The notes under the pieces are model-generated. The model was not told where the DNA came from and made no database searches. It worked only from the letters and a program-made list of their open reading frames with translations. Of a DNA stretch of 64,000 nucleotides, positions 10,328-17,355 are shown piece by piece (position 1 is the first letter of the stretch; each line of letters begins with the position of its first letter). Location: positions 6,906 to 70,905 of IMG/VR virus record IMGVR_UViG_3300011113_000652. One strand, 5' to 3'. The position numbers and the translations under genes are program-made. The stretch is from a virus.

Positions 10328-10416
10328 ACATATTAAAAAACATTCCCTGGGCGACCATTGGGGCCCTGGCAGTATTTGTGGCCATGGGCATTGTGGCTCA
10401 CTTGTTTGGTAAATGA
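10324..10416 (+). CDS. 30-aa single-TM microprotein
   Basis: MNILKNIPWATIGALAVFVAMGIVAHLFGK; ATGA overlap. Confidence 0.55.
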   Translation: MNILKNIPWATIGALAVFVAMGIVAHLFGK

Positions 10417-10417
10417 A

Positions 10418-10486
10418 ATGGAACAAGATTACGGTTTCGCCATCGGTGTAGTTGTAGTAGCTATTGTGTTTTTGTTGGTTTTATAG
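10418..10486 (+). CDS. 22-aa single-TM microprotein
   Basis: MEQDYGFAIGVVVVAIVFLLVL; starts 1 nt after the previous stop. Confidence 0.45.
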   Translation: MEQDYGFAIGVVVVAIVFLLVL

Positions 10487-10524
10487 TTTCCAATTTTGAC
10501 CAAAATTGGTGGTAGGACGGCTCT

Positions 10525-10632
10525 ATGAATAAAATACAAGTTTTTACTTTAAGCACAGGACTCGTGGTCATGTGGCTCTTATACCGCTTCAGTCTGGAGG
10601 TATGGTGCTGGGCCTATGGAGTATTGTATTAG
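10525..10632 (+). CDS. 35-aa hydrophobic microprotein
   Basis: MNKIQVFTLSTGLVVMWLLYRFSLEVWCWAYGVLY; AGGA upstream. Confidence 0.5.
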   Translation: MNKIQVFTLSTGLVVMWLLYRFSLEVWCWAYGVLY

Positions 10633-10633
10633 G

Positions 10634-10662
10634 TTGACCAATAAATAACATTAAGTTATAAT
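10634..10662 (+). promoter_or_regulatory. sigma70-type promoter for the tmRNA
   Basis: TTGACC-17nt-TATAAT. Confidence 0.8.
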
Positions 10663-10668
10663 TTAAGA

Positions 10669-10920
10669 ATTGTTGTACATCCTTCCAAGTGAAGGCACTG
10701 TGGACCCGGGTTCGACCCCCGGATGCTCCACCTAAGTGTATAAGGTATATTTAGGTGGGGCATTATTTGGATTCGACATGGTGAGCTAGTGCGGACGGCA
10801 ACACAGTAGGCGATGACTGTAAATCAAGCAACTTTATTAAATGCAAACGCATCTAATGACGAGGTTTTTGCCTTAGCGGCATGATCTCCGGGGCAACTAT
10901 GCCTTGTCACCCAAACTAGT
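10669..10920 (+). ncRNA. ssrA: circularly permuted (two-piece) tmRNA
   Basis: T-arm CCGGG-TTCGACC-CCCGG and ATGCTCC-A-CC (10706-10732) precede the GGGGCAT..GGATTCGAC 5' piece (10757); G3:U70 pair; tag ANASNDEVFALAA* at 10843-10884; outer ends approximate. Confidence 0.92.
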
Positions 10921-10922
10921 CT

Positions 10923-10949
10923 AAAAAGCCTGAGAAATCAGGCTTTTTT
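10923..10949 (+). terminator. intrinsic terminator
   Basis: AAAAAGCCTGA-GAAA-TCAGGCTTTTTT. Confidence 0.85.
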
Positions 10950-11026
10950 GTTGGCCGCTAAGTAAAAACCACTAAATAAAGAGTTGGGTGATCGCCCAGC
11001 ATTCTTTTAAAAGGAAAATCTCAAGC

Positions 11027-11767
11027 ATGAAAAAATTATTAATCGCATTAGCCTTGTCCGCTGGCTTTGTTGCCTCGGCTCAAGCTCAACTCACTGGCAA
11101 TTTAGGTTTGACCAGCGACTACCGTTTCCGCGGTGTTAGCCAAACCCAAAATGCTCCTGCAGTTCAGGGCGGCATCGACTATGCACACAAGAGTGGTTTC
11201 TATGTTGGTAACTGGAACAGCTCGGTCTCTAGCCAAGTCTACACCAATGGTGCAGGCTTAGAAAGCGATCTCTATGCTGGTTACAAGAAAGAAATCGTCA
11301 AGGGCATCACCGTTGACGTTGGTAGCTACAATTATTTCTATCCACGTGCAACCACTTCAGCAAAGACTGGTTCAAACTTTGACACCTACGAAGGCTACAT
11401 CGGCCTAGGTTACAAAGACATCATCTCTGCCAAGTATAGCAGAACCTTAGGCGATGGCTACTTCGGTACAGCAAATGCCCAAGGCACAACCTATATGCAA
11501 GCAGATGGTAAATTACCAGTTCCTGTGATCAAGAATCTGGCTGTTGTGGCACACTATGGTCGCACCAATGTGGCCAACAGCACAGCATATGATTACAATG
11601 ACATCAATGCTGGTTTTGTTTACAGTCTACCAAAGTCACTTGACTTGAGCGTGAAGTATTTTACCAATACTGGCACAACAAGAACTTTTGAAACTGCAAA
11701 CACTGTGAGCGGTCAAAAGCTCTATAAGAATGCAGTGGTAGTGGGCTTGACAAAAACTTTTAATTAA
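11027..11767 (+). CDS. TorF-family putative porin (TIGR02001-like)
   Basis: signal peptide MKKLLIALALSAGFVASAQA, SDYRFRGVSQT, PAVQGGIDY, GFYVGNWNSS, aromatic C-terminus. Confidence 0.85.
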   Translation: MKKLLIALALSAGFVASAQAQLTGNLGLTSDYRFRGVSQTQNAPAVQGGIDYAHKSGFYVGNWNSSVSSQVYTNGAGLESDLYAGYKKEIVKGITVDVGSYNYFYPRATTSAKTGSNFDTYEGYIGLGYKDIISAKYSRTLGDGYFGTANAQGTTYMQADGKLPVPVIKNLAVVAHYGRTNVANSTAYDYNDINAGFVYSLPKSLDLSVKYFTNTGTTRTFETANTVSGQKLYKNAVVVGLTKTFN

Positions 11768-11783
11768 TTTTTAAAAGTGATCC

Positions 11784-11809
11784 AAAAAAGGGCCTCCGGG
11801 CCCTTTTTT
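11784..11809 (+). terminator. intrinsic terminator
   Basis: AAAAAAGGGCC-TCCG-GGCCCTTTTTT. Confidence 0.85.
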
Positions 11810-11826
11810 GTTCGCTAAGTATTTGC

Positions 11827-12672
11827 ATGATCGACATTGTCACTGTGGTATTTGATGAGGAGTTGCCTGTGTTGCGAGTGCAGGCACAGAGCATTGATCT
11901 TTTTTGCGAAGATCTCGGAATCAAAAATATCTATGTCATTGTCAATGACCAAGACAGTTTGGTACAGCAAATTGATACAGCATGGTGGGGCCAATTCCAG
12001 GATCGAGTACGGATCTTGCCCAGATCCATGTTCAGCACCGACTACGTGGCGAATGGTTGGGTCAGCCAACAGGTGCTGAAGTTATTAGGTGCTGCTTTGA
12101 GCCACAATCATTGGAGCATGATCCTGGATGCAAAGACCTTGATCACCGATCGCATGTCAGCTGAAATGTTTGTGATCACGGACTGTCGGTCAACTCTGGG
12201 ACGGTTTCCAATTCAGCCAGTATTTGAACCTGCAGCAAAGATTGCCGGTGATTTATTTGATATCAAGCTAGATCATGTGATTGCACCAGCTGGTGTACCA
12301 TTCTTCTTTCATAACTTGACAGTGCGACAAATGATAGCAGAGATAGAAAATCGTACCGGACAGCATTTTCCTGAATGGTTCCAACAGCAAGGCATGTTGA
12401 CTGAATTCGTTTTGTATTCTGGATTCGTGCAATACAAGTACCAAACTCTCAACAGCATGTATCTTGGAACCAATACACAAAGATTATGCAACAACGTCTG
12501 TCACAGTGAAGTAGACTTGGTTGATACAAAACTCAACTCGGTGCTTGACCAAAGATCAACGACCATGGGTGTGCATAGAAATGCCTGGTCGCGATTGACA
12601 TCGATACAACAACAGGCCTATGTGACCTATTTAGAGTCGCTGGGACTTGACCGAGCCGGCACGTTGCTATGA
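11827..12672 (+). CDS. DUF6492-like glycosyltransferase-associated protein
   Basis: GWVSQQVLKL, ILDAK, TEFVLY. Confidence 0.6.
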   Translation: MIDIVTVVFDEELPVLRVQAQSIDLFCEDLGIKNIYVIVNDQDSLVQQIDTAWWGQFQDRVRILPRSMFSTDYVANGWVSQQVLKLLGAALSHNHWSMILDAKTLITDRMSAEMFVITDCRSTLGRFPIQPVFEPAAKIAGDLFDIKLDHVIAPAGVPFFFHNLTVRQMIAEIENRTGQHFPEWFQQQGMLTEFVLYSGFVQYKYQTLNSMYLGTNTQRLCNNVCHSEVDLVDTKLNSVLDQRSTTMGVHRNAWSRLTSIQQQAYVTYLESLGLDRAGTLL

Positions 12673-13175
12673 AGGCCATGGTCATGGTGGCACACCCAGA
12701 TGATTGTGTGATATTTGCCTACAGTTTCATACACAATCGGCCAGAATATTCCTGGACCATATGTTATCTAACCTATCGTGCCACGGACCCGCGTGGGCAT
12801 GAATTGGCACAGTTTTGGCAACGCAGAAACATCTCTACCAAATTTTTAGGCTATCGAGATGATTGGCACGACATAGAAAACAAAAAAATCAGTTTTGATG
12901 AACAATCGGCCAGGTACGATATTCAGCAGGCCATGGCCGATCAGGATCTAGTGTTGACACACAATGAACATGGTGATTATGGTCACCTACATCATGTGTT
13001 TGTACATGAATCCACAAAAAATCATCCGCATCGTGTAACTTTTGCTGGACCAGGACAAGGTACTATTAAATATGTTTTACCCTCAAATGCTTACAGCTTG
13101 GACGAATTACCTTTGCATCGTGACGTGGTGGAATCTTTCCATCCCAAAATCCACGTGAACGAATACACATTATGA
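12669..13175 (+). CDS. PIG-L family deacetylase
   Basis: VAHPDD, THNEHGDYGHLHH. Confidence 0.8.
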   Translation: MKAMVMVAHPDDCVIFAYSFIHNRPEYSWTICYLTYRATDPRGHELAQFWQRRNISTKFLGYRDDWHDIENKKISFDEQSARYDIQQAMADQDLVLTHNEHGDYGHLHHVFVHESTKNHPHRVTFAGPGQGTIKYVLPSNAYSLDELPLHRDVVESFHPKIHVNEYTL

Positions 13176-14008
13176 AAAAGAAATTAATGATAGCCGGGTG
13201 TAGTTTTAGTGCAACTTGCGTGACTCCAGACGGTACCAGCTGGAGTGAACAACTGGCCAACATGTTGGATTGGGATCTTGTAAACCTGGCCCGGCAAGGT
13301 TGCTCCAATGGTGGTGTGAGATTGCAGATCGAAGAGATACGCAGGCAACGTCCGGATTTTGCCATAATCACACCCACCTTCTGGGATCGCATGGAGATCC
13401 CAGCACGAGCAGCTCCATATGATTGGAGTCAGTCATCTGGTGGTTGGAGCCCTGCTTTGCAACAACATTTGCAGGATAGGAATGTGGAAAACGGCTATGA
13501 TCGAAGTGCTGGCATTAACAATGTCAACTATGGCAACAACAATTACAGGATGATCTGTGAAACTATTTTTAGCATGACCGAAAACTATGATCATCCTTAT
13601 AGATCTGGAAAAATAGACAAAATCACGCAACAGGCATTGAAATATTACATCGACAGCCTGTATGACAGCAACTGGAAAAAACAACAGGACGAGTGGATAA
13701 TCAAAGAAGGTATCCTGCAACTGTATTTTGATGGAATACCGTTCATAGTCAGCCCAGATTTGTTGTGGCCGTTTGATCCCGAAGATAGCGAACAGTGGAG
13801 TCGGATTTTTCCTTCAATCTTGCCGGACCGGTATGTGCTACAAGACTGCGCAGAAAGTGTTTTGTCTATAAGTGGAAGCTACCCATTTCAAGGCAACGAT
13901 CCTGGTTATCATATGAATGTACAAGGACAAACCGTGGTGGCCAACAATCTTTTGGCCAGGATGCAACGAGATTTTGGAATACACCCAACACCGGTTGACA
14001 CAGTATAA
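13172..14008 (+). CDS. SGNH/GDSL-like hydrolase-fold protein
   Basis: AGCSFS, NLARQGCSN, DPGYH. Confidence 0.7.
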   Translation: MKKKLMIAGCSFSATCVTPDGTSWSEQLANMLDWDLVNLARQGCSNGGVRLQIEEIRRQRPDFAIITPTFWDRMEIPARAAPYDWSQSSGGWSPALQQHLQDRNVENGYDRSAGINNVNYGNNNYRMICETIFSMTENYDHPYRSGKIDKITQQALKYYIDSLYDSNWKKQQDEWIIKEGILQLYFDGIPFIVSPDLLWPFDPEDSEQWSRIFPSILPDRYVLQDCAESVLSISGSYPFQGNDPGYHMNVQGQTVVANNLLARMQRDFGIHPTPVDTV

Positions 14009-14023
14009 ATAAACCTATATAAT
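13995..14023 (+). promoter_or_regulatory. sigma70-type promoter with TATAAATA embedded in the spacer
   Basis: TTGACA-17nt-TATAAT; TATAAATA at 14004-14011; ATG at the expected +1 (14030). Confidence 0.82.
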
Positions 14024-14029
14024 ACTATT

Positions 14030-14131
14030 ATGTTGAATCGCAAAGTGATCTATCTTGTGCCACAACCCAATTTCTTAGGGAGTGCAAATCTATGGCTCAT
14101 TTGTGAGGATAAAATTCAGGGTAGCGAATAG
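14030..14131 (+). CDS. putative attenuator leader peptide (33 aa, leaderless)
   Basis: MLNRKVIYLVPQPNFLGSANLWLICEDKIQGSE; its 3' end overlaps the antiterminator strand. Confidence 0.7.
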   Translation: MLNRKVIYLVPQPNFLGSANLWLICEDKIQGSE

Positions 14132-14185
14132 CGTTATTTTAAACTGCATATTCAAACCCTGGAACTAACAACTCCGGGGTTTTTT
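14115..14185 (+). terminator. attenuator: mutually exclusive antiterminator and terminator
   Basis: terminator AAACCCTGGA/TCCGGGGTTT plus T-tract (14154-14185); TTCAGGGT..GAATAGC (14115-14132) can instead pair with GCATATTC..ACCCTGGA (14146-14163). Confidence 0.75.
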
Positions 14186-14206
14186 ATTTTATAGAAAAAG
14201 GAAAAG

Positions 14207-14380
14207 ATGTCGATTGATTATACAAAATTAAACGATCAGATTGTGAAACAGGCTTGGGACTACCACACAGCTTTTTTGAACGAAGCACAGGTTCGCAAGC
14301 TGTTCCAGAACAAGATCGATCGTGCGGCCGCTATGATCCGGGCGCAGGAACAATTTAAGCGATTGAATCAAGAAGATTAA
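14207..14380 (+). CDS. 57-aa hypothetical protein, first gene after the attenuator
   Basis: AAGGA RBS; MSIDYTKLNDQIVKQAWDY..LNQED. Confidence 0.65.
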   Translation: MSIDYTKLNDQIVKQAWDYHTAFLNEAQVRKLFQNKIDRAAAMIRAQEQFKRLNQED

Positions 14381-14384
14381 TCGC

Positions 14385-14490
14385 TAAAGTGGTTACAGGC
14401 AACGAGGGCCTGTGTCGCACTATAACCGACACAAACGGGCGGACTATCGGATGAAACTCCTTTTGTGGGGCGAAAAATGATAGCGTGTTT
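14385..14490 (+). ncRNA. candidate structured RNA
   Basis: TGTGTCG/CGACACA, CTATCG/TGATAG, CTCC/GGGG and AAACG/TGTTT stems in an intergenic gap. Confidence 0.4.
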
Positions 14491-14509
14491 TACAAACTGT
14501 AAATATGAC

Positions 14510-15286
14510 ATGACACAAAAATTCATATGGTGTGGAAGCAGTTGGGAAACCGGTGACGAACTTGAGTCACAGATATCCAAAAACCAGGTATGCCAACATG
14601 TATATCCAAGTTTGGTCAGTGCATGGTTTGCTGTTGAATGTGTAAACGTCAGCGAGAATCATAGTGCTATACCGCAATTGATTTGGCAACTAAAGTCAAT
14701 AGAAAATCAAATCTGTTCCGGTGACACAGTGTTTTTTTCCTTGCCGCCACCGCATTGGAGCATGTCGGTCGACCATACAGGTGCTGTAAACAGAATTGGC
14801 CCTAATTTCCACTGTGATCCACGTGTCCATGCCAACAGTCAGCACTGGTATCGCTATTTCGATAACAAATATCAAAGAGCCTGGCAAAATGATATCAGTA
14901 TAGAATTTTTATCCAATTGGTGTCAGGTGCGTGGAGTGCATTGTTATTTTTATTCACAGGTCAATCACTATTATTCCATATATCTAAACGCAACTGTGAG
15001 TTGGCTACTGCCGCCATCGACATGCCTGGCGGAATTATTAGTTCCTGTCATTGACAACACGTTTTTCGAAATAGTAAACTCCGACCGTAGTTGGTTAACC
15101 GAATCGCAATGGCAAACACAAAAACCACTGATAGAAAAATACATTGCCCCCTGTTACTCCCATCCCAATTTGGCCGGGCACAAAAAAATTGCCAAAGAAT
15201 TCATACGTTTGTTGTCTAAAAACTATAAATCAAAAGAACAATCGCGGGATAGAGAAACGGCATCTCGAGAGTCTCATAAGCTCTAG
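14510..15286 (+). CDS. SGNH/GDSL-like hydrolase-fold protein
   Basis: CGSSWETG, SHPNLAGH; similar to 55444-56166; C-terminus runs into tRNA-fMet. Confidence 0.65.
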   Translation: MTQKFIWCGSSWETGDELESQISKNQVCQHVYPSLVSAWFAVECVNVSENHSAIPQLIWQLKSIENQICSGDTVFFSLPPPHWSMSVDHTGAVNRIGPNFHCDPRVHANSQHWYRYFDNKYQRAWQNDISIEFLSNWCQVRGVHCYFYSQVNHYYSIYLNATVSWLLPPSTCLAELLVPVIDNTFFEIVNSDRSWLTESQWQTQKPLIEKYIAPCYSHPNLAGHKKIAKEFIRLLSKNYKSKEQSRDRETASRESHKL

Positions 15287-15316
15287 TTCCTGGTTCGATT
15301 CCAGGTCCCGCAACCA
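15243..15316 (+). tRNA. initiator-like tRNA-fMet(CAT)
   Basis: C1xA72 mismatch, A11-U24, CGCGGGA/TCCCGCA acceptor, CCA encoded. Confidence 0.88.
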
Positions 15317-15332
15317 ATTATGATCTAGCTGT

Positions 15333-15410
15333 AGTGAGGTGGCAGAGTGGCCCAATGCAAGGGACTGCAAATCCCTAAAGCCGTGAGTTCGAATCTCACC
15401 CTCACTTCCA
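15333..15410 (+). tRNA. tRNA-Cys(GCA)
   Basis: AGTGAGG/CCTCACT, AGGGA-CTGCAAA-TCCCT, U73, CCA. Confidence 0.92.
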
Positions 15411-15416
15411 AGTTTG

Positions 15417-15490
15417 GTCGGTCTGGTATAATGGCATTACAGCGGTCTCCAAAACCGTTAATTGGGGTTCGATTCCCTAGACCGGCGCCA
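15417..15490 (+). tRNA. tRNA-Trp(CCA)
   Basis: GTCGGTC/GACCGGC, GCGGT-CTCCAAA-ACCGT, G73, CCA. Confidence 0.92.
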
Positions 15491-15492
15491 AA

Positions 15493-15521
15493 TTGACCAG
15501 AAATGGACAATGTATTAAACT
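15493..15521 (+). promoter_or_regulatory. sigma70-type promoter
   Basis: TTGACC-17nt-TAAACT. Confidence 0.6.
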
Positions 15522-15551
15522 GTAGTATCAACTCAAAGAAAGGAGGCACGT

Positions 15552-16154
15552 ATGCCAGCAGTATTTTTAGTATCGGACACGCACTTTGGTCACGCTGGTG
15601 TATGTCGCTTTGTCCGTAACGATGGTGTGACAAAATTGCGTCCGTGGACTGATCCTGACGAAATGGATGAAGCCATGGTCAAAGCCTGGAATGAACGGGT
15701 CCGGCCCACAGACAAGGTCTATCACTTGGGTGATGTTGTGATCAACCGCAAGAGTTTACCTATCATGAATAGACTCAATGGCGACAAGGTTCTTATCCGT
15801 GGTAATCACGATATCTTCAAGGATGAGGACTACACACCTTACTTTCGTAGCCTGCGTGGATACCATGTGATGAACGGTATGATTTTGAGTCACATTCCTG
15901 TTCATGCCGAAAGCCTGGGCCGTTTTGGTGTCAACATACACGGACACTTGCATGCCAACCGGGTAAAGCGGGCCCGTGGCGTTGACGCCCGCACAGGAGA
16001 AGTTTTGTACAGCGATGAAAATGATGTGCGTTATCACTGTGTTTGTGTGGAGCAAACCGATTTTGCACCCATCCTGTTTGAAGATGTGATCAAGCGCATC
16101 ACAGCAGAAGGTGGCAAAATTGGTTTACAAAACGGCAACGGTACCATACTATAA
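15552..16154 (+). CDS. calcineurin-like metallophosphoesterase
   Basis: SDTHFGH, HLGD, RGNHD, SHIP, HGHLH; AGGAGG RBS. Confidence 0.88.
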   Translation: MPAVFLVSDTHFGHAGVCRFVRNDGVTKLRPWTDPDEMDEAMVKAWNERVRPTDKVYHLGDVVINRKSLPIMNRLNGDKVLIRGNHDIFKDEDYTPYFRSLRGYHVMNGMILSHIPVHAESLGRFGVNIHGHLHANRVKRARGVDARTGEVLYSDENDVRYHCVCVEQTDFAPILFEDVIKRITAEGGKIGLQNGNGTIL

Positions 16155-16196
16155 ATATTCCTACCTTGCCTGTATGCCACCAATTGGAGATTGCCG

Positions 16197-17183
16197 ATGC
16201 GAATTCTAGACCAAAATTTTGAAGGCGTGAAAGAGTTAGATCATGCTATTGCCAAAGATTTAGCACAGTATTTTGATTTTGACTTTGTAACAAAAAATAT
16301 CAATGACTACCAACTTTGGTTTAATAATCTGAAAAAAATAGCGTTTCAAAATTTGGGTCTGGCTCATTCTGTGTTGCATAATCAAACTGCACATAATTGT
16401 GTGGAAATTGCATTCAATGAAACTGCACTACCGGAATTTGATCGTTCCTACAGTCAGAACATTGCTGGGCACAGCTTTCTGACTTTGTCTTCGAAATCCA
16501 AACACGATTCGATCAAATTCGATGGTAAACAATTGTCTGGAACAAAATATTGGATATCAAATGCCAAGGCAGCAGATTTTGTGGTGATGGCCTGTTTAAA
16601 TTCTATCAGTAAAGTAAAAAAAATACACTACATTTTTATTGATCTAAAACTTGTAGAGCACAAAATCACCGGCGACGAATATCAACCACTTGGTATGAAT
16701 GTGGCAACTCCTTTCAATCTTGAACTAGATATTGACGTTCCAGAGCACTGGATTATTACCAATGATCACAATCGTGACGACTTTTACCTGGCATCATATT
16801 TTCATAACTATGGTTTAATCTGCAATTATATTTCCTGCGCAAAAAAATTGTTGGCATTATGCAGGTCTCAAAATTATGATGTTGGTTATGAATTAGACAA
16901 ACTAGAACTCAATTTAAAAATTTCAGAAACTTTGTTTGAACAAAGCATTGAAAAACTGTTTGATAAAAATACCAAGACAAAATTTTACTTTTTCAACAAT
17001 CAATATCAATTTGCAAGGAAAAATTTAATAGATGTCACAAAATTTTTTATTGAACTCGGTAGTTCATCCTTGTTGGATTCTAAATCACCTGCATCGCAGG
17101 TGGTGCGAGACAGTTTAATGATGACCTCACATTTGGTAAATCTTTACAATCACATGAATAATGCCATTACAAGATTTTTCTGA
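16197..17183 (+). CDS. acyl-CoA dehydrogenase-like flavoprotein (divergent)
   Basis: LSGTKYWISNA, PLGM, helical C-terminus ending VVRDS; TATAAATA at 16150. Confidence 0.6.
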   Translation: MRILDQNFEGVKELDHAIAKDLAQYFDFDFVTKNINDYQLWFNNLKKIAFQNLGLAHSVLHNQTAHNCVEIAFNETALPEFDRSYSQNIAGHSFLTLSSKSKHDSIKFDGKQLSGTKYWISNAKAADFVVMACLNSISKVKKIHYIFIDLKLVEHKITGDEYQPLGMNVATPFNLELDIDVPEHWIITNDHNRDDFYLASYFHNYGLICNYISCAKKLLALCRSQNYDVGYELDKLELNLKISETLFEQSIEKLFDKNTKTKFYFFNNQYQFARKNLIDVTKFFIELGSSSLLDSKSPASQVVRDSLMMTSHLVNLYNHMNNAITRFF

Positions 17184-17228
17184 GCAAAGTAGTCCACATA
17201 TCCACCTTTCAAATCGAACCGGTTATAT

Positions 17229-17305
17229 ACCCCGGTGGCGCAACTGGTAGACGCACTCTCCTCAGAAGGGAGCTGTTGAAGGTTCGAATCCTTCCCGGGG
17301 CACCA
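17229..17305 (+). tRNA. tRNA-Leu(CAG) with short variable loop
   Basis: Leu-type D arm GCGCAACTGGTAGACGC, CTCTC-CTCAGAA-GGGAG, A73, CCA; A1xC72 mismatch. Confidence 0.82.
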
Positions 17306-17334
17306 TTGACATCAGCAGTATTTTGTAGTATAAT
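17306..17334 (+). promoter_or_regulatory. sigma70-type promoter
   Basis: TTGACA-17nt-TATAAT. Confidence 0.82.
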
Positions 17335-17355
17335 TGTTGTTTACAAGGAGAAATC

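Noticed and set aside
10040-10426. 128-aa minus-strand ORF
   Set aside because: Antisense shadow of the coupled plus-strand small ORFs, and it overlaps a tRNA
14444-14483. Hammerhead ribozyme (GATGA..CGAAA)
   Set aside because: Core reads CGGATGA rather than CTGATGA and no third stem with a cleavage triplet is evident; kept only as an unassigned structured RNA
15325-15633. 102-aa minus-strand ORF
   Set aside because: Antisense to tRNA-Cys and tRNA-Trp
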